Of a stretch of 24,866 nucleotides of DNA, positions 1 through 8,541 are shown piece after piece. How positions within the stretch are numbered: the first letter of the stretch is position 1; every line of letters begins with the position of its first letter. A model generated the notes under the pieces. That model worked only from the letters and a program-made list of their open reading frames with translations. It had not been told where the DNA came from and made no database searches. Origin of the DNA: a virus (Duplodnaviria; Caudoviricetes); IMG/VR virus record IMGVR_UViG_3300008255_000452, positions 1 through 24,866 of that record, one strand, 5' to 3'. The position numbers and the translations under genes are program-made.

Positions 1-1117
1 CGCCATTTCCTATTCCAGTACCGTTAGATACTCCACCCTTGCCGCCCTTGCCACCAAGCGGGTTTACCCCGCCCTGACCTTCTGCTGCTGGTGCATAAGA
101 TGTATTGACTACAAGGCCGCGACAGCCATCTGTGCCATTAATTCTTAGCGTTGCCGTACCTGTGCCGGATGAACCACCCGCACCACCTGCCCCACCGGCT
201 GTACCGTTAGATGCACTGCCGCCCGTTCCGCCATCAGCCTCAACGGAATTAAAGATGGAGTTGCCGCCATTACCACCCGCGCCTGCTCCTGATGACCCTG
301 TGCCGCCGCCGCCGCCATCGCCAGCCCGCATTTTGACAATGATTTTGCGTGCGCCTGTTGCCGTTGTGTAAGTAGCAGCCGTGCCAGATGTTAATATCTG
401 ACGGGTTGGGACTTTGATGTCATCCGTACCAGCAATAGTAATGTCTTTATCTGGTACAGTTAATACACGAGTTGTAGCTGTGGTTAGGCCGTCAACTTCA
501 AATCTTGCCAGTTTAGTTGCATCAGCGGAACCTTTTACAATAGCTGTTGCGTCAGAGAATGGTGCGGTTAGAGAAGGCGTGGCTGGATTCAACAATTCAT
601 ATTGAGTATCAGCTAGGCGATAGCGGATATGCATTTCATACCCGTCGCCTGCAATATCACCAACAGCCAGTGCAGAGCCACCATTCTTTGTTATGGTAAG
701 CGCACCCAATGCGCTAGGATTGAACGTAGGGGTTGTGGTCGCGTTTGCAGCAGTTGCCCTGACAAAGAACTCCTGACCATCCACCAAAGCCGTAACAGGT
801 ATGGCATACGTTGCCGTGATAGCGTCTGCTGTGCCGCCGCCGTCAACCCAATTGGCCTTACCGTCCTGAACTTGTGAAAATCTGGCGTAATCAGTACGAG
901 CAGTCGCCTCACCAACTCCTGTATGGCGATAGGTTGCCATAGGAAGATTGGCAGTAGGCGAATTTTGCCCGTCTTTAGTTAGACACGCATTAATGCCATT
1001 AACAAAATCTGTATCATTCTGATCGTGTCGGACAGACGTGATTTTTATGCCATTGGTCTTATCGTCAGTCCAGTTATATGTGCGGGTAAATGTGCCGCTT
1101 CCATTCCAGCCAGCCAT
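1..1117 (-). CDS. Tail fibre / receptor-binding protein with Gly-rich domain (3' end outside window; absent from the ORF track)
   Basis: Hand-translated open frame from ATG 1117 (upstream GAGGGAG) to the window edge, about 372 codons: MAGWNGSGTFTRTYNWTDDKTNGIKITSVRHDQNDTDFVNGINACLTKDGQ... then SADATKLARFEVDGLTTATTRVLTVPDK and a Gly-rich GDGGGGGTGSSGAGAGGNGGNS region; last gene of the virion module. Confidence 0.85.
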   Translation of the reverse strand, partial: MAGWNGSGTFTRTYNWTDDKTNGIKITSVRHDQNDTDFVNGINACLTKDGQNSPTANLPMATYRHTGVGEATARTDYARFSQVQDGKANWVDGGGTADAITATYAIPVTALVDGQEFFVRATAANATTTPTFNPSALGALTITKNGGSALAVGDIAGDGYEMHIRYRLADTQYELLNPATPSLTAPFSDATAIVKGSADATKLARFEVDGLTTATTRVLTVPDKDITIAGTDDIKVPTRQILTSGTAATYTTATGARKIIVKMRAGDGGGGGTGSSGAGAGGNGGNSIFNSVEADGGTGGSASNGTAGGAGGAGGSSGTGTATLRINGTDGCRGLVVNTSYAPAAEGQGGVNPLGGKGGKGGVSNGTGIGNG

Positions 1118-1179
1118 TATGCAGCTCCCTCAATCCAGCAAAATGCCACTATTACAAATACTATAGATAATATAATCAT
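1117..1179 (-). CDS. 20-aa hydrophobic micro-protein MIILSIVFVIVAFCWIEGAA
   Basis: Exactly fills the gap between two genes; start overlaps the upstream stop (TAATG at 1181-1177) and stop overlaps the tail fibre start (TAATG at 1119-1115); GGGGGTG lies upstream. Confidence 0.6.
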   Translation of the reverse strand: MIILSIVFVIVAFCWIEGAA

Positions 1180-3068
1180 TATTCACCCCCAGCCAAAGCA
1201 GCAGAATTTGCACCAATTAAACCAATATATGCGGCAATGTCGTTCTCGAACGCCGGATTGGAAATCGCCAATCTTTCCAAGTCAGACATAAGGCGCGACA
1301 TTGCATTTTGTGTTATAGGTTTCTGCGCGTGCCTTGCCAATACTTTCGCAAAACCCCTATTGGTCAAAAGCCTTGCGCCAAGATTCGCACTGACACCCGC
1401 CTGTATCGCCGTTGTCGGCTCAATGGCACCTATGGCCAAAAGCCCTATATTTCCCAGATTATCCGCCGTCCTGCTGGTATTGGCAAAGCGACCTAAATCG
1501 GTAAGGCGCTTGCTGATATTTGCTAGGCGGTCTAGGGATTGCCTAAAACCGGCATCCGTATTGCCAAATAAAACAGACTTTGCTTCTTTGCTTATGTTGT
1601 TATAGTCCCTGAAGAAAAGAGCAGTGGAAAAATCTCCCTGACTATTCACACCGATTTTTTGTAGAATAGCATCTCGTATTATAGGCCTGTCATCCTGCGG
1701 CATGGCTTTCATGATGGCCTTCAGCTTAAAATCGCTGTTCTTAGTAGATGCACGTACAGAATTAAGAAGCTGTCCGGGGTCTGCATTTGTCCCGATATAT
1801 TTACCTAGGCGCTTTTCTATGTTCTCTAAGCCAGCCTTGTAAAATGCATTAGCGTTATTAAACGCCCTTAGGGCCTGCGGTCCTTTGGACTTTGCCAAGT
1901 CCTGCATGTCGTCCGTGAGTGCGGCATAGACCCGTTTTGCAAGGGCGTTATCTTCGCCTGAGATGACACTCTGTTTTATCAATGAGCCTACTTCGGTACG
2001 GTATCGGCGCAGGGCAGAATAAGGAAGGCCGCTCTGTCCAGCATCCTCCATTGCGTTAATCGCCTCAACCATTGCTTTATTCTTTAGTATCTTGCTTTGG
2101 AGGTTTGGGGTCTGCTGTAGGTTCTGCACCTCGGTATTCACAAAGCGCCTGATGTTATTTAGTGCAGACACATCAGAATCGCCAATAAACTTACCGACCC
2201 TACCATAGAGTTTTGATGATACGCTTTGAAAACGGTCAACATAGTTTTGGATGCCCTTTTGGATGGTGGACCCGGCTTCTTGCGAGGTTATCTCACGCCC
2301 CGCAGAAAACGCCTTTTCGTTAATCCTTTTGGTAAGCGCCTCTAACGTCTGGTTTGTATTGCGCTCAATCACATTGGTGGAACCAAAGGTTCCCCTTAGG
2401 ATGCTTCCCATGCGCCCGATTGTCGGATTATCTGATATGGCAAGGGTAGATATTGGAACGCCCTCGCGCATAAATTCGCGTGCAGCGATAGGATTGGCAT
2501 TGAATGTGCCGCCTAGAATTGTCTTAACTGGGTTTGTCACGCCCTCCGAAAATTTACGCACGGCTCTGATTGTCGCCGGAGCAGCCTTCTCAAATACCTT
2601 GGCAACTGCCGGAGCCATTACTGCGCTTAGTGCGGCTTGCTCTGCTTTTTGCTGCACATCACCCTCGGCAAGGCCGAACCCCTCTACGGCTGCTGTTCCT
2701 GATAGAGCTGCCTTAGCGCCAAGGCCAGCGGCCTGTGCGCCCTTCATTAAAGCGCCCCCCGTTGGTATAGACGCACCTATTTCCAGCGCAGGAGCCATAA
2801 TAGGGTTTTGTTCTGAAAACTGCTGCCTGCGCCCTGATACATCGCCTTGGGCTTGGGTAAACAATTCTTCAAAGCTCATATCTTTGGTAGCGTCACCGCC
2901 GAACATTTTAGCCATGCCAGCGCCAATAGCCGGGATTAACACATCAGACATGCCAACAGAGCCACCTCTTGTGGCCGCTTCCAGTGCTGCTTGAGGTGTG
3001 CTGATTTCAGTTGGTGCATCAACAAACTTAATATTGCCCTTTGGTTCATCTATAAAGCGTATTGCCAT
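1179..3068 (-). CDS. Large internal virion / DNA ejection protein (629 aa)
   Basis: Ala/Gly-rich hydrophobic N-terminal part and helical remainder; last of the ejection-protein genes before the fibre; TAATG-coupled to the upstream gene. Confidence 0.7.
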   Translation of the reverse strand: MAIRFIDEPKGNIKFVDAPTEISTPQAALEAATRGGSVGMSDVLIPAIGAGMAKMFGGDATKDMSFEELFTQAQGDVSGRRQQFSEQNPIMAPALEIGASIPTGGALMKGAQAAGLGAKAALSGTAAVEGFGLAEGDVQQKAEQAALSAVMAPAVAKVFEKAAPATIRAVRKFSEGVTNPVKTILGGTFNANPIAAREFMREGVPISTLAISDNPTIGRMGSILRGTFGSTNVIERNTNQTLEALTKRINEKAFSAGREITSQEAGSTIQKGIQNYVDRFQSVSSKLYGRVGKFIGDSDVSALNNIRRFVNTEVQNLQQTPNLQSKILKNKAMVEAINAMEDAGQSGLPYSALRRYRTEVGSLIKQSVISGEDNALAKRVYAALTDDMQDLAKSKGPQALRAFNNANAFYKAGLENIEKRLGKYIGTNADPGQLLNSVRASTKNSDFKLKAIMKAMPQDDRPIIRDAILQKIGVNSQGDFSTALFFRDYNNISKEAKSVLFGNTDAGFRQSLDRLANISKRLTDLGRFANTSRTADNLGNIGLLAIGAIEPTTAIQAGVSANLGARLLTNRGFAKVLARHAQKPITQNAMSRLMSDLERLAISNPAFENDIAAYIGLIGANSAALAGGE

Positions 3069-4018
3069 TACTCTACAATTGCCCTGCGTCCGTTAATAAC
3101 AATCTCTGTTCCCTTAGGAAGGTTGGCTTTCTCGGCTTCTTCAACTGTGGAGAACTCGCGTTTTTGCGCCCCGACAACCCCAAGGTCAATGGCAACAGTA
3201 GATGGGTCGACACCAGCCTTCTGCGCCAATGTTGAGAATATATCGCGGGTTTTATTTTGCTGCTGGGCAGACTTCTCATATATAAGACCGGACTGCTTGA
3301 GGAAGTCATCCCTTTGTGCCTGAGATAAGCGCTCACCTCTTTGGATTTTGTTAAATGTTGCGCGTATCCTGTCAGGTATACCACCAGCATTTTGGGCGTT
3401 AGCAAACTCACCCTCCCTCACAGTGCTTCCGGGGTCAAGAATCTTCATATAGTTAAAGATAAGCGCCAAATCGCCAGCTGCGCTAGGTTCAGAGGCAGAC
3501 GCCTGAATGCGGCCATAAGCATCGCGCTGCTTTGTGAAGTCATCAGACTGTTTAAGATAGTCATCGCGCAAGTCATTCTCAAACTTCAGCTTCTTTTCAG
3601 GGTCTAAAGCTCCAAGCGATGCTGCTTCGCGGTTTAGTTTGTTGATTTCAGCATTAATCTTGCCTGCCGTTAATCCAAGCTCTTTATCCTTTTGAGCTAA
3701 CTGCTTAAGTGCTATATCTCTATTAAACCCTAATTCCTTTTCCGTAAGGGCTAACTTTTTATTTGCCCTTTCCTCCTCACGGGCTTTTCTAGCTTGTTCA
3801 GATTCAAATAACTGCTGCTGCAATGCGCCCGTTTGCTCTGCTGCATTCATGCCCGCCTGAGTACCAAAGAACCCAGTTAAAGCAGCAATAAGCGGGCTGT
3901 TTGTCTTTGCCGCACTGCCAAGCAGCATATTGGCTATCTGCTTCTGCCTTGCCGCCTCCCTGAAGTTTGGAGCCTGATTGCCCTGCTGGAGAGCGTTTAT
4001 AAGATTTAAATCAACCAT
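3068..4018 (-). CDS. Internal virion / ejection protein with coiled coil (316 aa from ATG 4018)
   Basis: N-terminal hydrophobic segment PLIAALTGFFG, Q/E/K-rich coiled coil, position among the ejection genes; ATG 4018 preferred over TTG 4027. Confidence 0.65.
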   Translation of the reverse strand: MVDLNLINALQQGNQAPNFREAARQKQIANMLLGSAAKTNSPLIAALTGFFGTQAGMNAAEQTGALQQQLFESEQARKAREEERANKKLALTEKELGFNRDIALKQLAQKDKELGLTAGKINAEINKLNREAASLGALDPEKKLKFENDLRDDYLKQSDDFTKQRDAYGRIQASASEPSAAGDLALIFNYMKILDPGSTVREGEFANAQNAGGIPDRIRATFNKIQRGERLSQAQRDDFLKQSGLIYEKSAQQQNKTRDIFSTLAQKAGVDPSTVAIDLGVVGAQKREFSTVEEAEKANLPKGTEIVINGRRAIVE

Positions 4019-4019
4019 A

Positions 4020-4361
4020 TTAACCAAACAATGAACCTAAGAAGTTGCCAAAATCAAACCCCTGCGCTGTAGGGAATTGCCCCTGAAATGCAGGGCCTTG
4101 CGCCCTTTGTGTGAAGCCTTGACCAGACTTGAAGAAATTACCGCCACCCAGATCAACCTGCCCAGAGGCATTGCCAAACAATGAGCCAAAACCACGCCCG
4201 ATAGCACGACCTAAAAAACCCTGCTCTAATCCGCCACCGCCAAAATTAAATTGCGGCTGCGTTAATCCAAGCAGCCCACCCATGCCGCCCTGCTGCTGCG
4301 TAAATTGAGGCATACCAGCGCCCTGAAATGCCTGCCCTACATACTGGGAACCTATTGGCAT
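4020..4361 (-). CDS. Gly/Phe/Gln-rich low-complexity protein (113 aa), probable small internal virion protein
   Basis: GGAGG RBS before ATG 4361; overlaps the upstream stop; repeated GSLFG and AFQG motifs. Confidence 0.65.
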   Translation of the reverse strand: MPIGSQYVGQAFQGAGMPQFTQQQGGMGGLLGLTQPQFNFGGGGLEQGFLGRAIGRGFGSLFGNASGQVDLGGGNFFKSGQGFTQRAQGPAFQGQFPTAQGFDFGNFLGSLFG

Positions 4362-5419
4362 ACGGCCTCCATCTTTTCCCCAAGCATTGCATAGTTAACG
4401 GCCTTGTAACCGTCAATTTCTGTCACAGCTTCTGGTAAAATGGATTCAATTTCGTGCGCCATTACCCCGCGATAACGCTGCGAGTCGCCAATATAGTTAA
4501 ATTCATAAAGATTGTAGCCAGCGCCTGATTTAACTAATTTAACGTTTTCCTTAAGCCTTATGTCGGAAAAGGCAAAAGCCGCTAATTGACCCACTCCTGC
4601 AATATTGGATGCCTGCTGCTGCGCCGCCTGTTGCTGTGCCTGTGACTGTGCAAGCTGCCCTTGATACCCACTCTGGGCAATGCCAGCAACATCGATGAAT
4701 GGTGTGCTTTGCTGTGAAAACGGCGTATTAAAGCCCAAAAGGGAGCCAAGCTCTCCAAAGCTCTGCTGTCTTGCTTGCTGCTCAAGCGAGCTGAGGCCGA
4801 ATTGCTCGTTAAGAGCCTGACCCCTTAAGGCTGCGCTTAGGCGCGCAAGCCTATCCTGCTCCGCTCTGCCTTGGGCAACGGCATCAAGCGAAAGACGGGA
4901 TAGCTGTTCATTCTGTGATTCTTCCATGCGGCTAAGTTCCTGCTCATAGGCATCTGAACCGATAGGTAGCCCCTGATCGGCAAGGCGCTGCTCTAGCTGC
5001 GCCCTCTGCCTGTCAAACTGAGGCTGTAATCTTTGTGTTGCTGCCTGAAATGTGGAATCCTCAAGGCGCTGCGTCTCGGTTGCAAAATCTGTCTGTAGTC
5101 CGGGAAGACTCATCCCCTCAATGCTGGAGGCGGTACGGACGTCGCCAAGTGTGGTTCCCTGTAACTGCTGTGCAAGGTTTAATATCTCACTCTCACCAAG
5201 ACCCCGTAGGGATTCCTGAAATGGGGTTTCCTGCACCTGTAACGCAGTCTGCCCCGTACCATTAGCTGGGACAAACTGACCGCCTGCGCCAACCGTGCCG
5301 TAAAGCAGATTGCCGCTCGGTGTAAATTGAGTGACACGATTGGCCTCTGCCTGCGCCTGCGCTGTAGCTGCTGGGTCTGGTGCTGCCGGTACTTTAGGTT
5401 TGCTGAATATTCCGCCCAT
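4352..5419 (-). CDS. Internal virion / ejection protein with C-terminal peptidase S74-like intramolecular chaperone domain
   Basis: N-terminus MGGIFSKPKVPAAPDPAATAQAQ, Gln-rich coiled coil, C-terminal SDIRLKENV...YEFNY...GVMAHEIESILPEAV...VNY typical of S74; ATG 5419 preferred over TTG 5431. Confidence 0.8.
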   Translation of the reverse strand: MGGIFSKPKVPAAPDPAATAQAQAEANRVTQFTPSGNLLYGTVGAGGQFVPANGTGQTALQVQETPFQESLRGLGESEILNLAQQLQGTTLGDVRTASSIEGMSLPGLQTDFATETQRLEDSTFQAATQRLQPQFDRQRAQLEQRLADQGLPIGSDAYEQELSRMEESQNEQLSRLSLDAVAQGRAEQDRLARLSAALRGQALNEQFGLSSLEQQARQQSFGELGSLLGFNTPFSQQSTPFIDVAGIAQSGYQGQLAQSQAQQQAAQQQASNIAGVGQLAAFAFSDIRLKENVKLVKSGAGYNLYEFNYIGDSQRYRGVMAHEIESILPEAVTEIDGYKAVNYAMLGEKMEAVCQ

Positions 5420-5840
5420 AAATCCGCTCAAATTCTGTTTTTAACATTGAAAACAGGATTCTGTCGCCGTCACTTGCAACTTGACGTAATCGGCCTTCTT
5501 TAGTGAAACCCGCGAGTCGTGCAAGGCGGAGAGCTTGCTCATTTTCTGGAGAAATGAGGGCTTGAAGCCTTATATTATTGTTATAATACTTATTCTCGAA
5601 GAAAAGCGCAAGCACTTCCCTGAAAACACGCTTAGAAAATGTGAAATTATCTCCAGTCGCTATAGAAAAATCAGCTAACCACCCATGAGACATCTTCCTG
5701 CGGTCATGAAAACTAAAGGCTAATATGATGGGGTCTCCCATATAGTAGCACTCCTCCTGCTTGTAGTCAGTAGGGCACCTTATCCTCCTGTTGAGGAATG
5801 CTCCAGCCCTTATGTCGTCTCTAATAAGCCGCTGCAACAT
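5394..5840 (-). CDS. GNAT-family N-acyltransferase (RimJ/RimL-like)
   Basis: RLQALISPENEQALRLARLAGFTKEGRLR...ILFSMLKTEF is the C-terminal GNAT signature; lies between the nozzle and the first ejection gene. Confidence 0.85.
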   Translation of the reverse strand: MLQRLIRDDIRAGAFLNRRIRCPTDYKQEECYYMGDPIILAFSFHDRRKMSHGWLADFSIATGDNFTFSKRVFREVLALFFENKYYNNNIRLQALISPENEQALRLARLAGFTKEGRLRQVASDGDRILFSMLKTEFERIYGRNIQQT

Positions 5841-7365
5841 CAAAATTATACGTGGTCTGATACCAAATCAATTCCTGACCATTTAAGCTGGCCTTAAGCT
5901 GAATTGATACATACAGACCCACTCCAGAAGTCACGAAATTAATCAATCGTGAGCTTACGCCAGCCCATTCCGCTGTGTCCCATTCTGCCGCATCCCATTC
6001 TGCGCCGTCCGTCTGGCTTGACTGCGTACCCTGAAATGCTGGTGCGCCATAATCGTAGGCAATCTGCATGTCAGCATTAATACTCCCCTCACTTTCAACA
6101 TACAGGCGCGCATTGCTTACCTTTTTCTTATTTGATATTCCTAAGTTATTAAAGGCAGGCTGTGCTATCAACTCAATGTCAGCACCGTTATCATCTCTGC
6201 CTGTGTCAGCCTGCCATAGATCAGTTGCACCGCCAAAATAAAGATTGCCATTATGAGATACAAACTGCGAGGCATCCCACCCGGTAAACTTAGTATACCC
6301 ACCCGTTACTGTATCAACAATGTATTGATGATAATCAGAACCAGAAACCTCTGGCACATTAATTACTATCCAGCCGCCAGAGGGGTGCGTGGTTACTTGC
6401 CAACCATAGTTTGTGCCGTAAGTGGTATAATCGCTTTTAATATCACCAGTAAGTTTTGATGGGGCTATATTAAAGCCTCCGGCCTCCGAGCTGTATCTTA
6501 TTACGTCTGATAGCTTAAGCAGATCAACGCGCGTCAGAATGAGAACATCACCCCCAAACTCATGGGCGCAGCCCTTTGCTATGAGTGGTGGTGCCATATA
6601 TTTACCCACAAGCGACCAATTGGTGGCGTCACCGGGGTCAGACCCTTGATATATGATTATTTCCCCGGTATCTAGTATGAAAGCCGCATAATCATCCGGT
6701 CCATTGCCAGCATCCCTTGATATGGTTCTGACTTCAAGTATGTTGCCGCCTGTGTCACTCACCCGGTTCAGATTAAATTCGGCAAATGCGCCGGATACAG
6801 CGTTAACCCCGCCATAAAAAAAGTTACCATATCCTGAATTCCACATATAAAGACGATTTCTGTGCAGCTTGATACCGTCAATGTTTTCTTCGCCATAGGT
6901 CGCAAGATCACCACTAATAGATGGAGCGCTTAGGCTTGAGCCATCAAAATTACGGGGTGCATCAGCACCGTTAACCAATACCATGTTAGCCGCAATCTTT
7001 GCCGCAAACCATCGGTCATTAGAAAATCCACTACCTAAACTTGCCGCAGTACCGGCTCCGTCATCCGTGAAAAGCTCCCCACCCTCGGCTGTAATGAGCG
7101 TTTTTGTTGAGCCGCTTACATAAGATATACAGGTTTCTACCTGTGTGTCATATGATGTCTGTGGTGTTGAGCCTCTGCGACTACGCAAGCCAGCAGACGT
7201 AGGCAGCCAGTTAACCAACTCTACGGCGTCCGTGATGGGCATCAAGCCAAGAGAGTCACGGCTATTCTTTCCACCCGCAGGAGCCGGTATGTCCACTACT
7301 TTCGATGTGCGCCTTGCGAATTGCGCCTTTGATCTTCTTGGAACTCTCTGGACCGGCCTCGCCAT
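5821..7365 (-). CDS. Tail nozzle / packaged-DNA stabilisation protein (P22 gp10 / T7 gp12-like, 514 aa)
   Basis: N-terminal PAPAGGKNSRD...DAVELVNWLP motif, beta-rich composition, WDAAEWDTAEW near the C-terminus; follows the adaptor gene with a TAATG overlap. Confidence 0.8.
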   Translation of the reverse strand: MARPVQRVPRRSKAQFARRTSKVVDIPAPAGGKNSRDSLGLMPITDAVELVNWLPTSAGLRSRRGSTPQTSYDTQVETCISYVSGSTKTLITAEGGELFTDDGAGTAASLGSGFSNDRWFAAKIAANMVLVNGADAPRNFDGSSLSAPSISGDLATYGEENIDGIKLHRNRLYMWNSGYGNFFYGGVNAVSGAFAEFNLNRVSDTGGNILEVRTISRDAGNGPDDYAAFILDTGEIIIYQGSDPGDATNWSLVGKYMAPPLIAKGCAHEFGGDVLILTRVDLLKLSDVIRYSSEAGGFNIAPSKLTGDIKSDYTTYGTNYGWQVTTHPSGGWIVINVPEVSGSDYHQYIVDTVTGGYTKFTGWDASQFVSHNGNLYFGGATDLWQADTGRDDNGADIELIAQPAFNNLGISNKKKVSNARLYVESEGSINADMQIAYDYGAPAFQGTQSSQTDGAEWDAAEWDTAEWAGVSSRLINFVTSGVGLYVSIQLKASLNGQELIWYQTTYNFDVAAAY

Positions 7366-8069
7366 TATTGACCTATCCCGCTGTCTGGTATATTGATTAC
7401 AAACCTAGATGTGCGCGGGCCAGAACGTATAACCTTTGCCGGTTTCTCCTGAGCTATAAGCTCATCCATAGCGTCATAATAACGCAGTGCATCCTCCTCA
7501 GTTGGAAGGCCATATTCAGACTTTAGGTAGTATTTGAGGCCGAGTTTTAATAAATCTTCATTAAAATAACTGGTATCGTCATCAGCAGTATAGGTGGCTT
7601 TGCGCGTGCCGCCGCTGGATTTTGCGTAATAGCTGGATATATACTCAAGAACAAGCGTATCACCGGAGGCATCTGGCGTTAAAAGAAGGTTTCCGCCGCG
7701 CGCCCTGCCATAACGGAAAATACCGGTGTCGCTGATAATGCCGCTTTTCAGCTCCTGCCATTGCGAAGCGGTCACAATAACAACCTTCTTCTGGTTTGTC
7801 CTGTCCCACTCTGTTTCTGTCTTTGGGCGCTTGTAATCGCCACCGGTTATAATGGTGCTGAAAGCGTATGAGCCAGAGCCATCCGTTGTAAATGTCTGCT
7901 CCCTTGTCTGGGCCTCCCAGTCATGTTGACGAAGAATCTCCTCGCTAACTGTTTTCAGAAAGCTGAGCGCTTGGCGTGCTTCCTTGTTGCTGTTGCTTAT
8001 TACGCTTGTTGGAACCTCGAACAGTTGCGTTTCGTCCGCTATGTCCTGTATCATTGTTAGAACCGTCAT
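7365..8069 (-). CDS. Head-tail adaptor (P22 gp4 / T7 gp11-like, 234 aa)
   Basis: MTVLTMIQ...HDWEAQ...YTADDDTSYFNEDLLKLGLKY pattern; GAGG RBS; sits directly before the nozzle gene. Confidence 0.78.
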   Translation of the reverse strand: MTVLTMIQDIADETQLFEVPTSVISNSNKEARQALSFLKTVSEEILRQHDWEAQTREQTFTTDGSGSYAFSTIITGGDYKRPKTETEWDRTNQKKVVIVTASQWQELKSGIISDTGIFRYGRARGGNLLLTPDASGDTLVLEYISSYYAKSSGGTRKATYTADDDTSYFNEDLLKLGLKYYLKSEYGLPTEEDALRYYDAMDELIAQEKPAKVIRSGPRTSRFVINIPDSGIGQ

Positions 8070-8541
8070 GCCTCAATTCCTCTAACTGTTTTTTTAGCCT
8101 TTCAATCTCTAAATCTTTCTCGGACTCCCCTTTAAGAAAGGAAACAGCCTTGGAGCGCAGCGTCTTGTCGCTAATCAGCATAATAGCACTATCTGGAGCT
8201 TCAGCCAACTTTTCTATAGTGTAGATACCATGCAATTCACAATTCTCAATATCAGCCGGGCTAATATCTGGAAGCAATTGCAGGGAGCGGCCTGCTGCGC
8301 GCTCACGGCGCATGTTCAGATATGCTTGATATTGTTTTTGGTACTGGTCAAAATGCTCCTGACGGGCAATATTAATGGGTTTTGACAAGCGGTCTATATG
8401 CTTCTCAATGTAGCAGCGCATCTCGGTTTTCTTGGTATCCGGGTTATACCAAGGTAAATCTTTAAATATGACCACATAACCAGACCCCGAAGGGTTCTCT
8501 AATTCACGGCAGATACGTGCTGCCTCATCTTTAAGACTCAT
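7945..8541 (-). CDS. Hypothetical phage protein with helix-hairpin-helix-like segment and C-terminal coiled coil
   Basis: LPDISPADIENCELHGIYTIEKLAEA resembles an HhH motif; DLEIERLKKQLEEL coiled coil; AAAGGG upstream; last 125 nt overlap the adaptor gene. Confidence 0.7.
   Translation of the reverse strand: MSLKDEAARICRELENPSGSGYVVIFKDLPWYNPDTKKTEMRCYIEKHIDRLSKPINIARQEHFDQYQKQYQAYLNMRRERAAGRSLQLLPDISPADIENCELHGIYTIEKLAEAPDSAIMLISDKTLRSKAVSFLKGESEKDLEIERLKKQLEELRHDGSNNDTGHSGRNATVRGSNKRNKQQQQGSTPSAQLSENS

Noticed and set aside
105-1291. Short ORFs in the track over the first 1.3 kb, including the Pro-rich 105..371
   Set aside because: Antisense or off-frame shadows of the Gly-rich tail fibre gene, which the track missed because it has no stop in the window
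2251-2994. 247-aa plus-strand ORF and other long antisense ORFs (12352..12894, 15931..16383, 20189..20632)
   Set aside because: They lie wholly or largely opposite well-supported genes and show no recognisable motifs
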